A DNA stretch of 63,905 nucleotides, filler included, from Reticulomyxa filosa (GCA_000512085.1; 17 parts of 17 records of this genome joined end to end with filler, not necessarily neighbours in it); one strand, 5' to 3'; numbered from the whole stretch's first letter, positions 11,438-26,150 are shown. The notes: generated by a model from the letters alone, not told the origin. Program-made: numbers and translations.

Positions 11438-13713
11438 TTTTTTTTTTTGTTGATTTGAAAGAAAAAGAATTTTTTTTTTTTTCTTTTTTAAAAAAAATTT
11501 GCAAAACTTGACATGACAGTAAATAACACTGAAAAATTCATCTTGCGTGCTATGCGTAGATTCGATCAGCATTCCAAATGATTTCCCGGCCTGCTGCACG
11601 TAATCATGCAATGCAATATACTTGGTCTTGATCTCCATGACGTCTCGGTTTGAGTTCGATTGATACACCGCGTGGAACGCCTTTGCCTCGACCTTTCCAA
11701 TAGTTAGGTTCAGACTTGGCCTCTCCAAATACAAGGAGAAATGGGGAATCAATAGCGAGGCATTCCATTTGGCCGATGACTGGCTCTTACGGTTCGATGA
11801 TATTTCCGTAGGATTTTGCCGTCCGCTTGATCTTTCTTCGTGTTGTAAGTTCACGCCTTCGGGCCTGCTTTTCACATTGGACTGATGGCGCTTTTGTGAT
11901 CCAAAGGCTTTAATCCAATGTTTCGCATTGGACAACAGTCGACTGATCAGCACGTCCGACACAAAGGCATCGATGGGATGAGTACTTTGAACCTTTATAT
12001 AAATATATCGTTATATTTATATTTATATTTATATTATAAGTAATGTATTGTATTGTATTGTATTGTATTGTATTTACCTCCAATTGCATCTGAGGGTCAG
12101 TCCCTTGTGTTACACGAATACTGCACTGCCATGGACAAACCAGAGGAGACGGATTGTCGTTCTTTTCGTCAAACTTACTCCCATGCCATAACATGCTTGC
12201 TTCCACTTTGCGATGGTCTGGACAGGTGGAATAGCTGCGCACATGCAAATCGGTGAAGCCCATTCGAACAATGACCAGAGACTTGTCAATGTTTTCATCG
12301 TGCACATAGACCTCCATTCGGTTCAAATCCACGCTCAAAGTCGACACGGTGCTATGTTCGCTTTTTTGGAGTGCATTGCCTCCGGAATGTGGTGCATTAG
12401 GTTGTTTTGTCATATCTCTGGCAATGGCTCCGCCACTGGCATTTGGAGATTTCGCTACTGAGGTAATAGGCGGAGGCAAGTAGCTGCGACTGTTCTCAAA
12501 CCAGTTATTTGTAAACATTTCGACAATCTCTTTTAAGCCCAAAGCAAGATTGGATGTTATGCCTTTAGTTATTTTTTTTATCGCACTCTTTTTACACATT
12601 GATATGTAAACATATACATATATATATATTTATATATATTTGAAAGCATACAAAAAAAAAAAGTATGTAATAAGACTTACCTTTAATGACAACACTATCC
12701 AATGACAGGTTTTGTGTAAAGGCCTCATTTCGACTCAATAGATTTTGTGTCCTCAACGAGCGATAATAGAACTTGGAGGGCTGGATTAACTCTACCTGGT
12801 CTTTCAGAGTGACGTCATTGCCCTTGGCGAAATGCAATCCAAATTTGTCCAAAGACACCTGTTGTGACTCGGTCAGAGTCTCCGGCGTGGTGCACAAGTT
12901 GTAGACATATTGTGTGTCTCCCTGTGTCATCACCGCGTCGCAGTTGCGTTGCTGCAAGTCTCGTAACAGCACGATTCGTGCATTGGTCAGTTTCAAGCGC
13001 ACGTGAAGTTCATCTCGTTCCCATTGCAATGGCGACGCGACGGCCGCAGAAGCATTGTCACTTGTGATTACAGGCGACGACGATGATGATGATGATGATC
13101 CGTTAATTTGCTTGGCATGGTCTTCCGATATGTCCACAAGTCTGGACTTATCGTCCTTCTTCTTGCTGGGCTCACGCTTGTGCCAATTGGACTCGGAGGA
13201 GGAGGAGGTGGAGATGAGGATGGGGTTTTCCGTGGTCATTAGCCAGTCGTAAATATGTCGAAAAATAGAGCCAATTGCAAAGGAACACGGATCATTGACG
13301 TTAAACGTAATTTCTTGACGTCGACACTTGTCATTGGGCTTGACGTAGCTCTTCCAAATCATTTCCATGGACGGGGTCTTGCTGTCGACAAGCGAGGGCA
13401 GAGGATGCTCGGTCGAACTGGACAAAAGGTCTTGGTATCGACAAAGAATCTTGTCAAACTTTTGTCCGGCGACGCTTCTTTCGTCGGTGATGATCACCGA
13501 TCCAAACTTTAAAGCAAACAGTCTTTCCAATGATCGATATGTCACCGTCGACATTATCAAGTCCGTCACGTCCAATCGGGCCAATTTGCGAGTGGACGTT
13601 CTGCCACCCACCAGATCGTGTGCCAATGAAAACGAGGCTGTCCGCACTCGTATGCATAAGGACATGGAGGGAGGTTTGTTTGTCGTTTGAACTTCTTTTT
13701 CTTTTTCTTTTTC

Positions 13714-13745
<32 letters not shown>

Positions 13746-16700
13746 TGTCGTCTTTTTGTTTAGATAAACGAGTCATCGAATCGAGTTCGACATCGAGGTC
13801 ATTTTCATGTTCATTTTTATTTTCATTTTCATTGGACCTCCGAATCTGCTCTTGTTCATTGCCGACGCTCAACGACAACGTCGTCATCGCCTCATTAAGG
13901 ATATGCGTTTGGAATGGATCAATGGGCAACGTGCAAGGGCCTCCAAAGTTGTCCGCGATAATGTGAAGTATCAAGACATATTGTTCATGTCGAAACAGTC
14001 CTTTCAAAAAAGGGACGTTGACATCCACTTCCGAATCGGGCTCGCTGCAATGCGCGTTGAGTTTTTGCATGAATTGGATTTGGATGGTAATATCGTGGGC
14101 AACGTCGTGGTGTGCAATATCCAAACTCCCCGTCCCCACCGACGCCTTTGTAGTGGAAATGGTCCACGCGTTCACCACGTCTTGTCCCTTGGGATGCACT
14201 TTGCACTCGTTGTGGATCACCGCCATACCTAAATCCAGTTTCACGTGCTCGTGGCTTAAAAAATGTTTGGGAACAATGACAACGGGATTGTACGTTTCAA
14301 TATGGATCATCATCTGCTCTTTGCGAATGCTCTTGCATAGATCTTCGATTGATGTGGACGGACTGATGCTTGGATTATCTATCTTATTGGAAGGGAATGA
14401 TGCATTCTCCAAAGTGGAGGCAGTGGAGGCAGTGGAGGCAGCAGACTCCGACACTTGGACATGCGTGGGTGGGAAGATCATCTTCGACGTGGACGTATTA
14501 ATATAACTCAATAGCTCGGACATGAATGGCTGCAAATAGACAAACTTTACCCCATTCATTGAAAACTCAAATCTCGAGTTGTATCCAGGATACTCTTGCG
14601 GGGGCAATTTCACGGAGTCAAATACCTTCAAGTCAAACTTGCCAATTTGGAAGTCGTCCTTTTCCTTTAAGCATAAGATATCCTCGTAACTGTATCCATT
14701 GTTTGATGTAATTTATTTGAAAATGTATATGCATATATAAATATATACATATATATTACTAAACAAAGTTTCGGTTCTCTTCAAATCTTTTAGCTTTAAA
14801 TTACCCAATTCTCCGGTGATATGTACCAATCCTTTTCGGAAGTTATGCAACTCCATATGGGCGTTGGAATTGATGATTCGAGCGATTGGTCGGTAGTGAC
14901 GTGGGGTGTTCCACACTTTGACGGTTTCGTCCATGGCCTGATCTTGGCTCTGTCTTTGCGTTTGTATTTCATTGGTGTTGAATGTGACGGCCAGCAGTTT
15001 CATTTTCATGTCGAGGTCGACCGTGGTCGAGGCCAATGCAATATCTTTGTCTTTGGACTCGCCCTTTGGCGACGAAAGACTCGTTCCCGCGTCATTGGAA
15101 GTCGATGCTACTACTACTTCCGGAGGTGGGAGTGCCAACTCTTTCAGCTCATCCACAACGGCAATGTTAGCAAACGTCGGAATGGACGTGGTTTTGGACA
15201 GGGACTGCAACATGGTATCTTTCATTTCCAAAATGCGGTGTGCGAATTTCATGGCCGCAAACACAGACTCTGGGTTCCATCCCACATGCAAGGCATTGAA
15301 CTTGCATGCCACGCGAACGTGATCGAGTTGAGGTCGCGCGACGGCCTTGATCGATATTAAGTCCTCGCTGTGTTCGTCCAGCGCAATCTTTGGGATGACA
15401 TTTTCCACTTGCGATGTCACCAGGTATTCGTATTGTGGGCCGCTCTGTTGAAACAAGTCTTCGATGAATAATGACTTGAGTCGAAAAGTACCTTCCACTT
15501 GATTTTTCGTTCGATCAAAACTATTATATATATATATGTATATGTATATACATATATGTGGTTGTTTGTTTCATTGCATTGGCTGAATTCGGTACGAAAC
15601 TGCACCAACAAATACTCGGATCGAAATCGCAAAATGGGCTGTTTGTAATACAGTGGAGACTCACGCATGATGTGGTCATCGACCAATTGCAAGCAAAACG
15701 ACTCCATATCAAACTGGCAAACAAAATGCAAATTGGGCAGGTTCTTTTGAATGATTTCCACTTCCATGTTTTGCGTTTGCTTGGACTCGTTGGCATCGAC
15801 AAAGTCGGCCAGGAACACTTTGGTCAATTGCGTTGGAGGGATGGTATCGCCACTGCCATTGCCGTCTGCAATCGTCGTCATCGCTATTTCTTGTCGCTTC
15901 ACAGCATTATTATCATTTTTATCATTCTTATCATTCGTATCATTATTGTCATTATTGTCATCATTTGTGTCCAGCACTTCCAAGGCGTCACCATCTTCAG
16001 ACAATACGTTGGTGGTGCTGGCAGCAAAAGCGATATGCAAGGCGTCCTTCAAAACATAAAACAACGTATCAAACGCGGACGTGGACATGGACAAGTGGAG
16101 CTGCGGCAATTGGCCGTTGATGAACAGCTTGGGTAGATCGACGGCTTCTTCCACGCAATTGTGAATGGTCATGGAGAACGAAAACGTATCGACGACTGAT
16201 TGAAAGTGCGTGCTGGACTGCGTCGAGTGCAGAAACTTGTCGATCGAGTCAAACAGATACACGGTTGTGTTTTGTTGATGGATATAAATCGTTTCGTATT
16301 TATGCGGGTGATTTCGTACGACCTCAAAGGCGGAGGACAGCACTCCGGGAGGCTTACGCGGTTTTTTCGGAGCCTCGAGTCCAAAGCCAGAAACAGAGTC
16401 TTTTCGTTTGTTTGTGGACACATCTGCAGGAGACGTCGTTGAGTCATCCGTTCGAGTCTTGTCCAGTAATTGCAAAGGCACTCTCGGTGTCACTGGTGCG
16501 GATTGATCATTCGAATAATCTTTGGGATTGGTTTTGACATCAGCAAATGGAATTGATGATATATTTTCCTTTTCCTTTTCGAAATCATTGGTTTGAATAG
16601 ACCGATTATCGATTGATGCTTTTGGAGACGATAATGTCATTGTCGTCGTCGTCGTCGTCGTGGCTGTGTCTGATGCAATAGTAATAGATTTGCGAGGACT

Positions 16701-17531
16701 TGTCGGATACTCCTTTTTATTAATTAGTCGAAAGGGCAGCTCATTGGTCACTTCAAACGAGGCAATCTCTGTAACTAACACCCGACTGTTCGGGTCTTTG
16801 CAATTTGCCGGAATCAACACCATCAGTCCACTTATCACCACTGTCACTTCGTTTTGAATCTTGTGCGCCAACAGATTCAGCAGCTGTCGTTGGCGTCGCT
16901 GCTTCCAATTCATTCTTTTGCGCTGTCGATGGTTGTCTGTCATCTCGTTCAACGCCGTGGTCGAAGACGTAGGAGTTTTCTCTTGAGACGTTTGGGTGTC
17001 CAATGCACTCGAAGAGTCTGAGAACGATCGTTCTTTTTTCGTATTGGACAACAAAATATATACATGTATATATGTATATATGTATATACATATATGTATA
17101 CCATTGACTGGCTTAGAAATTGTAAAAAAGTCGACAATAGTCTTGGCCCAATCTACATTCCACACAAATTGAACAGGCTTGAAATTGATAAAGATTCTCG
17201 AGTCAGCGTCGCTCATAGCCGGGTTGGTTTCGATCTCCACTTGGATTAAGTCGTTCTTTCGAAACGGCGAAAACTGGTGCATGTTGTCAAACGCAAACAC
17301 CGATCCCGAAAATGACGGTCGGTCCACTATGGACATGGACTTGCTCAGTGGCGAATACCTCTGTTTCGTCGACATGCGATGTCCGCCAAGACTTTCGGAC
17401 GAGGACAGTCGCAACGGCATTGGCCTTTGGACGACTACAAAAGGAAATAACGCGGATGCGTCAGGAGTGCCTAGGATTCATAAATATTGTTATGATACAA
17501 AAGAGTCTCTCTGTTCCAATTTAACAATTAA

Positions 17532-17571
<40 letters not shown>

Positions 17572-18548
17572 TAACAAACCAGGCTTCAATTCTAATTGAT
17601 GAATCGCCAAACCAAAGTAATTGGACTTGGGCGTGACTTGAATGAGAGTCTTGGTAGAGAACTGCAGCGAGGCAACGCAAAGAGGAGGATCGCGATCAAA
17701 CAAGTCAAACCAAACACTGTGAAGGTGGATGGAGAGACGATGGGCAATGTATTGTGGAGGCAACTTCATTTGCGACATGGCCTTGTAAATGTCCAACTGC
17801 TGCAGCATCTGATTGGCCTCTTCCGGGGTCAGCTGGTAATCACTCGCAAACTCTTCTCCTTGTTGCGTCGTGCTTATGTATGACTGCGCGTAGCTGAACC
17901 ATCGTGTTACACGATACGAGTCTTTCATCTTCTCCTCTTTTTCCCTTTGCTTCTCTTGTTGGAACAGTTCGCGTTTTTTCAGAGCCTCTTTCAATTCTGC
18001 CATTGCTATTGACCGGAACACGAGTATTTGATCAATGGGTAATCTAAATATATATACATATATATATGTATATGTATATATATGTATATATATGTATATA
18101 TGTATATATTTATATATGTTTATTATATTTTCAATTATATGAAAAAACACCTTGCTTCAAGATCTTGCAAAAGTACAATTTCTTGCTCGGTCAAATTGGG
18201 TAGCCACGTCACATGTTGAGCGGGTCGCATCTTGCGTTTGTATAACTCCATGTACGTTTTTTTGCGGGAACGAAATCCTTCGAACAGTTGTGAGGATAGT
18301 GGATTCGATTCCTCTTGCTCTAGCGCTCCTTCTGTTTTCGTCCTCCGTTGAAGATTGATTATGCACTGCGCAGTGTAGCGCCACCAGCTTTTCGCGTTTT
18401 TTTGAGGGGACTCTCTTGGACGATGTTTTTTCGAATTCAATAACACCTGTTCCAACTTTGGAAAGCAATATTATTCACAACATCAAGATATTTTCCATGT
18501 ACATATTGTATATGTTTTCTAAATATATGAATTTTGAATCTCTTCTTT
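11438..18548 (-). CDS. VPS13: VPS13 family lipid-transfer protein, internal multi-exon fragment
   Basis: Hallmark HRPRESPQKNAKSWWRYTAQCI...YMELYKRK...LQDLEARLPIDQILVFRSIAMAEL, plus repeating beta-groove motifs (NPVVIVPK...LDLG, FSMNGVKFVYLQPFMSELLSYI). Fills the whole contig. Confidence 0.9.
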
Positions 18549-18719
18549 NNNNNNNNNNNNNNNNNNNNNNNNNNNNNNNNNNNNNNNNNNNNTTAATTAA
18601 TTAANNNNNNNNNNNNNNNNNNNNNNNNNNNNNNNNNNNNNNNNNNNNATATATATATATATATATATATATATGTGTATGTGTGTGGGAGGGGGCCCAC
18701 ATACGTATACTATCACCAG

Positions 18720-19436
18720 CGCTTGTTGCAAAAAGACCCCAAACAAAGGATGAGCTGGACTGAGTTTTTTGCACATCCGTGGCTGCTTTGCAACAAAAAC
18801 GTGGAACAATCCAAGAACAATGGATACGATTGCAAAGATGAGCAACAGTGCAAGACTGGCAAGGTGAAAGAAGAAACGAAAGAAAAAGAAAACAGCTCGT
18901 GCGTGCCACAACAAAAGGTGAATATAGATAAGAATTGCAATCGTCAGCATGTACAAAAAGATGGCCATTTGGACAGACACTCCAATTTAAAGTTACCAAT
19001 TTTTTCCGTGACTCCTTTGTTATTAATATCGAGTCTTATAAACTCTCAAAAAAAAAAAAAAAAAAAAAAAAGCAATGAAACTCAGAGCCACAAAAATAAT
19101 AATATGAACTTAAAGAGTACTCAAATCAAGTTTGAACAGTTGAAACAATTAGAACAATACGCAAATCTTTTGTTGGAAATTGGAGACCGCAAAGTGTCTC
19201 AGGATGAAGTTGGCAATGCCTTGTTGTTGTATTTGAAAGGGCTAGATTTGCATGACCATGTCACCACTCAAATCCAACTGTGGCTAAACTCTTATTCTTG
19301 CATTTTGGTACATACGAATACAAGTCCGCAAACACAACACAATGAAGAAAATACACACAGTGATAACGATGATCCTTCCTCGCCAATGACGCTCAAGACA
19401 TATTCACAAATGTTTTCTCAATGTATTTTTTTTTTT

Positions 19437-19479
<43 letters not shown>

Positions 19480-19917
19480 GTAGTATATCCTTAAACGACA
19501 TAAAAATGAAATAAAACAGTACTTTTGGAAAGCGTGGAAAAGTTTTGTTCATATTGCCAACGAGGTCAAGCAATTCGAAGGCTGTGTGAACAAAATCAAT
19601 TAACTTTCCAAATGACTACTTCCAATGTTAATGAGCTGCTTTACAATGAAGCAATTCAACTCAGTCGAAAGGCCGCCAGTGATTTAATGTTGGGTGATAC
19701 CAGCAGTGTTGAACCGAGGTTGCAACAAGCACAATTGTTATTTCAATACTTGTCATCTTTGCCTCAAATTCTCTCCGTGGACAAGATGACTTTAGATAAA
19801 TGTTAACTTTCATTCTTTTCCCGTTCTCTCTTTGTTCTCCAAGGAAAGCCAAATTGGTGTGTCTTTATTACAGTCTCGTCTCAAATTCACAAGCATCTTA
19901 AAGCATTGCGCAATTGA
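18720..19917 (+). CDS. ATG1: ATG1/ULK Ser/Thr kinase, 3' part (kinase end plus tandem MIT/EAT domain)
   Basis: RLLQKDPKQRMSWTEFFAHPWL is a ULK kinase C-lobe end. ALLLYLKGLDL and LLYNEAIQLSRKAASDLMLG match the Atg1 C-terminal MIT helices. TGA at 19915-19917. Confidence 0.8.
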
Positions 19918-20274
19918 CAAACCTCGTGCACCGTGGTTTATATTACAAAAAAAAAAANNNNNNNNNNNNNNNNNNNNNNNNNNNNNNNNNNNNNNNNNNN
20001 NTTAATTAATTAANNNNNNNNNNNNNNNNNNNNNNNNNNNNNNNNNNNNNNNNNNNNTAAGACCTCTCCAAAAAAAAAAAAAACGACAACTGAACTCTTG
20101 CACCTTGAATTTAGGAAGGTAAGGGGAGGGGAGAGGAAAAAAAAAGTTGTTAACAAAAACGGTTCCAATTTTTGCTGACAAAGCAAAAAATAAAATAAAA
20201 CAAAAAATAATAATAATAACAATATATATATATGTATATATACATGCATATATACGCATATATAACATATCAAA

Positions 20275-20795
20275 ACTCCAATTCGTTGTCTTCACTGAGC
20301 GGTCGCAACAATTTGGCCATAATGTCACACACTCGAAATCTCACTGCTTTTTCTTTGGCATTTTCCTTTGTCAACAAATACCCTAATAATTCGTGAATCA
20401 CCATATCTGCCCATTCTCCACCGTTTCCCTGAAATGTTGCTACTGATATCACAAATTGCACAACCCGTTCTACTGGCGTTTCTTTGTGAAATCGGAGCAA
20501 CACGAGGTCCAACTGTTTTTTTTCATTAAAAAAAACCCGAACAATCACACCTTCTTTTTTTAACTTGCTTTTGCTAATATATTTGCGGATTTCTTAAAAA
20601 AAAAATCAGTGAACACAGACTCGTAAACAAAACGAAAGGGGTCATGTAATTAATCAATTCTTTTGGCCTTTCCCGAAACTGCTCTGTCAGTTTCAGAACA
20701 CTCTTGTTATGCGCATTGAATGAACGCTGACAAGCATCAAATTCCTTTGCCACCATTTTTAATATTCCTTCCTCGAGATCCTCCCTTGTATCCAT
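20275..20795 (-). CDS. NCAPG: Condensin I subunit CAP-G/Ycg1, 5' exons (truncated)
   Basis: EFDACQRSFNAHNKSVLKL and NAKEKAVRFRVCDIMAKLL match the CAP-G N-terminal HEAT region. Intron 20513-20633. Confidence 0.8.
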
Positions 20796-21124
20796 CTTCA
20801 GGGCCCACTTCCCTTTTTTTTTTTAAAGATATTCGAATTTTGATTTTTTTTTTAAACGAGCACGACCCAGTACTCAGCCGTTTTAAAGCTGTGGTCAAAT
20901 AAGTTTTAAAGTTGTACAGCATATACTTAACGTGAGCCACATGACACAATCACTTTACCCACATGTTAAAATAAATAAATCCAAATTACAAAATATTTTT
21001 TGACTACAACGATCGCAAAAAAAGACTCGAATAGTTTCAGAGAAAATATAATCGGAATTACGTAACACAAACTTTCCTTTCCTTTTTTTGTGGAAGATAC
21101 TCTTACAAGCAAGGCAGAAAACCC

Positions 21125-23042
21125 ATGATGGAAAACGTCGGAACCGATTTGTTAGAGGAGCAAACAACCAACGAAAAGAATGAACTCACATTTATGCATC
21201 AGGTTATATAGCAACGCATGCATACAATAAGCAAGCGATATTTGTCATTGATGTTAATGTTTGTTTGTAATGCAACCCATCAGGCATTGGAGTACTTTGA
21301 ACACCATCAAATCTACTCACTCTTTTCTTCATTAATGACACAAGTTGCAATTGATAAGCCCTCTGATGTGAAAAAGTACATCGTCGAAAAACTGTCTTCG
21401 AGCCACTCGATAAAAATTCTTTTTTTGTGCAACGAACAACAGTTGACACGCAAAGGGCTGGACATTCTGCAACGAATGTTTCCTACGGCGATTGTAAATA
21501 CAGTTAAAAAAAAAAATATATATATATATGTTGCTGTACGTTCTAAATTAAAAAAAAAGAAAAGCAGTTATTTAAATGATACATTCTTTTATTTAAAGCC
21601 GTTGGAGCAATCGGAACAATACAACCAAAATCATATCGAAGCTGTAAAAGAACAGCTGCAGAATAAAAATAATTGGATTTTGGTCAATTATCCAAATGAT
21701 AAAGCTACATAGTTACTTTTTTTTTTTTTTTGCAAGGAAAAAAAGAGGCGAATTGCAAGTTTAGAGTGAAACGTGTTTGCTCATCTGTTTTTGTCACATG
21801 ACGTGCCAGAAATCCGCTTTTAAACTATTGGAAGAACGTATCATTCCTGACAAAGTCTTACTGTTGAGTCCTTTTGCCATTGAACAGTTTAGCAAAGACA
21901 ACAGTCCAATTGATTTATCTTCAATGAAAACCGTGTTTGGAACTCGAAGCGGAATTGTTTGTGCAAATGACGAGGTGTGGTATACGTCATTTCTCTCTTT
22001 TGTTTGGCTACGTATTCAACAAAAATATATTCCCTCCATCTCAAATCACTCTGAAAATAGCATGCCAGTGTTTCTTTGGAGGTTGAAATCCAAAAAGCTG
22101 TTTTGTCACAACGTGTCAACCTTCACACCAGTCTAGCTCCTGTTACGTGTCCTCATGTCTGTGTGATTGGGATGCCAAATGTCGGAAAAACCAGCTTGGT
22201 TATGTATCTGCAAAAAATTACAGGCGCTATTCCAATTTTTCCAGAGTCAGTATCATCACCAAAAAATTTATTTTCTCTTTTTTTTTTTTTTGCTCTTTCC
22301 AAAAAAGAAAAACGCTTGTACAGATCCGTTGTGGCGTCACACATCAAACATCGCTCAAAGTTTGGTGTTAAAGCGGAGAAATTCATTCAAAATCAGCAAA
22401 AAGGTAAGTCTTTAAGGATTTTTGGCGTTCTTTTTTTTTTAAGGTGGAGCGTGGTCATGACGTAAATGCTTTAATTTTAAAAAAACTCAGTAACAGATGA
22501 ATTGCTGGTTACAATGATCACCAACGATATATTTGATATAAGAAATGGCTATTTAAAAAAGGGATGGATAATAGACGGCTTCCCGACTAGTGTTCAACAA
22601 GCACAACTGATGGTAAAAAAGGGATTACAGCCCAATAGAATTATAGCATTGACAATGGATCTCGAGTTACTTTTTATTCACACATTTTAAATACCTTTTT
22701 AAGATTATAGTCATAATCCGAAAAAATTGGACTAAAAACGATAAATAATAATCTAAAGGAAAATATTAAAATTGTTTTGATTTAAATGTGTACAGCAAGA
22801 TAAAACAATTTGACAATGTGCAAGAAAGTCTCGATCTGTTTACTCAAAAAAAAGACAATGAAAGCACCATAGAATTAATTAAAATGTATCCAAAAGACGT
22901 TAGCTTGGTCAATAACTATTTGTCTCAATATAGTGGGGTTGAAGAATTTGAGATTAGAGATGGCACAATTCAAGAAAGAAATAAAATAATGGAACTTTCA
23001 TATGACTTTGTTATTCAGCCACTTGGCAAGAAAGTGCTATAA
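21125..23042 (+). CDS. AK8: Adenylate kinase 8-like protein (docking helix plus two AK domains)
   Basis: YFEHHQIYSLFSSLMTQVAIDKPSD docking motif. Degenerate first AK domain (NWILVNYP, IIPDKVLLL). Second domain has P-loop GMPNVGKTS and KGWIIDGFPTSVQQA. Multi-exon. Confidence 0.7.
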
Positions 23043-23671
23043 TTTTCAAAAAATCTAGTTCTGTATTTTGATTGCAATGTCGAAACCAATCTAACTTTTT
23101 AAAAACATAAAATGATACAAACAATAATTAATTTTTGAATAGTTTGATAGATATTAGTATTTTTTTTCATAAACACTCAAAAGGATATTTCGTTTCATAA
23201 CATTTGTCAATTTTAAGAATAAAATACAATAGAATGCAAAGTAAAGTTGACACATAAAACGGCACCTTATAGAGATTATTGATTTATACATGAAAAAATA
23301 ACATTCAGACATAATTTTTTTTAAATATCTACAAACAGTATACTTTTTAAATATCATTTTGGTTTTTTATCAAATCTTTCTTAATTATTTCAATATTTAT
23401 ACTTTATTTTCTTTTTTTTTTTATTTTAGCTCAATGTACTTCGATATTTGAGTTTTTTAATTATTTTTTTGAAAATGCTAAAGGGTTGAAAATTTTAACA
23501 AAAGATTGATGTTGATTTAACATTAATTGATGTGTCAATGCAGATATTTACAAAGAAATTCTAGGTGATGAAATGCCCAGAAAGCATTAATTGGGGTTTA
23601 TAAGATAATTGAAATTAGATATTTCAGCAAGATAATGCCACTAGCTACACAAAAATTATAGCAAAATAATA

Positions 23672-24669
23672 CAGTATATTGCAAAAAAACTGCAATAACT
23701 AGATGGTATTATATGATATAATCGATTTTCTCAATGAAAAATAAAGATTTAACATAATTTTTTAAAAATATATACGAATCTTGTAGTTTTTTTTTTTCCT
23801 AATTTTTTTTATTGTTGATATTTTTAATTGACATTTCAAAATTTTGATATTTAAAATATTAAGACATTTAAGTGCTTTTAAGAAAAGAGTTGCTATTTGT
23901 ATGCTGGTTGGTGGAGCTAGCATTCGATCTGACCAAAGAAATGTAATATAAGTATAGCTTCGACTTTGACTGTTGTCATATAAGTGTAATGGAACGTAAA
24001 AAAAAAAGCTGAATCTGGCAGGTCAGAGAATATTCATCATGTCACAAAGATAAAGAAATAATAGATTTGGCTAAAGAAAATAATAGAACTAATAAATTTT
24101 CCTACTAATTCAACAGACCTAAATCAAATTGATATCATTTGGTGAATAATTAAAGTAAAATTATAAGCGAAAAAATTAACAACAAACAATAACTTTGTGA
24201 AAAAATATTGTAAAAAACTGACACTAAACTATGTTAAGCTCTAGTTTACCCAATGCCAAGGAGAATTGAAGTTTTAATCAATGTGCAAGTAAGACCAACA
24301 AAATACTAAAAACATTACAAAAAAAAAATTCAAAATTTTGTTAAAAATTACGAAAGATACAATGCTAATCTTTTTTTAAAAAGTATCTACGTGACTTGAA
24401 GATTCCTAAAATGAAAACAAAAAGATTTAAAAATTTCTTATTTTCAATGCATGTTCAATTTATATGACTCATTCGAAATTTTTTAAAATCATTTCAAAAA
24501 ATCATATTTTTGATCAACCTAGAAAAAACTTATTATAAAACTAATTTCATATTTAAAAACTAGCATATATTTTTAAAAAATTATGTTTAAATCTTTATTT
24601 TTCATTGAGAAAATCGATTCTATTCATATAATACCATTTATGTATTGCAGTTTTTTCTGCAATCTACTG
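23672..24669 (+). mobile_element. Internally deleted Tc1-family DNA transposon
   Basis: About 100-bp imperfect TIRs (CAGTA[T/G]ATTGCA...AATCGATTTTCTCAATGAAAAATAAAGATTTAA), TA on both flanks. Transposase remnants FPTNSTDLNQIDIIW (SPDLNPIE motif) and PMPRRIEVLINVQVRPTKY*. Confidence 0.9.
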
Positions 24670-25335
24670 TAGTTGTGTTAACTGCTGTTATTATTATTTT
24701 ATTAATTTATCTTTGTAAATATCATATTTGTTAATATTTAATTTTGCTTTTTGTCCATTTTATGTTTTAATAAATTGTCTTTTATAATGTATTTGTTTGT
24801 GATAAATATACTTAACCAAATTGTTATATTCAACAATCAACTTTTTAATATATACTTTAATTTGACTACCTTTATAATAAAGTTAACAGCATTTAGTTTA
24901 AAATTTTTTAACTTATATTGTATTTTGCATTTACAAATATTCAAATTATTATGTGCAAAGTCAACAGGTGTTTCAATCAATTACAAAAACGTATTTTAGT
25001 TCAACTAAAACAACGGGCTTCTCTCCCCTTCCAGTTGGTGTATATATTTTTCTGCTGAAAGGCATGAAGATAGTTTTCTCTTTGAAATATTAAAGCAAAG
25101 TTTTTAAAAGCACTCAATGAAAGAAACCAATATATAGTCAATTGCTTATCGATCAAAAAGCCAGAAAGAAACTTATTTGTTGGAGGAACTACTTACAATT
25201 TTGTTAAGATTTTGCTCGTATTGACAACAACACCACATAATCACTCCTTAAAAAAAAAAAAAAAAAAAAATAAAGAAAAGAGAAGACTGAAGGATTTCAC
25301 TTGGTGTCATTAAATTTCACCAAGTCTGTTCGAGT

Positions 25336-26145
25336 TTAGTCAGTACACTCTTCAACATAGAGCATAGGAGTCTCCAACGTGCGAGATGTATTGGGTCTCC
25401 AAAATCCTAATTGTTCCATAGTTTTATCATTTTCGTCGTAAACAGTGCGAGGATAGGTCGATCCCAATCGAAATCGATTGACGACATGAGCAAGGTTGTT
25501 ATCGATTAGCTCGTGGTTCACCCACAATTTCATTTCACTTAAAGTACTGGAATTGGAAAACAAGCGAGTGCAGCGAATTCCATTGGGTAAGCGAATCCTT
25601 GCTCGGAGTGTGGTTTTTGTATCTATCAACATATTTCCCTTTTTTTTTTTCTGTTCGTCGACTGTTGTATTAGAAAAAAAAAACAAACACAATCACAAAA
25701 CTCAAAGGCTCTTCAGGTAATGGATCCAATTCGATCTTTTCAGGTTCATCAACAACTACATCAACATCTGAGTTTTGGAGGATATCGTTGGCTATTCTCA
25801 ACAAAAATGTTTGTTTGTTTGTTAGTTTGAAAACGTTTTCAAAATCGTTTCACTAAAATAACAAAACAAACAGACAAGCAAATTTTTTTTGTTAAAAAAG
25901 ACTTATTTGCTTTAAGGACCTTCTTTTGCTTTCGCTTGTTCTTGTTGGTTCACAGCATCGTCGTTAGCGTCTTGGTGGTGACTGTCTACTTTTTCAGCTT
26001 CCATTTGCTGCCGCAATGCCTCCGCATACTCTTTGTCTTGCTGCGCACGCAGACTTCGATATGACTCGCGTTGCGACGCTTGAATAGCCAGTTGCGTTTG
26101 CTCATCCTCGTACAGTGACCACAACACCTCATTTGGGATATTATC

Positions 26146-26150
<5 letters not shown>
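25336..26150 (-). CDS. UBX-domain p97/Cdc48 adaptor, 3' part
   Basis: UIM-like EDEQTQLAIQAS, LRAQQDKEYAEAL, LPEEP, then UBX ARIRLPNGIRCTRLF...LGSTYPRTVY...TMEQLGF. Confidence 0.85.

Noticed and set aside
12053-17883. Plus-strand ORFs within VPS13, and antisense ORFs over RFC1 and the LINE
   Set aside because: Shadow frames of real genes, with no motifs of their own.
9354-20328. ORFs containing YIYIY, YYYY, FFFF or KKKK runs
   Set aside because: These are translations of intronic microsatellites and homopolymers.
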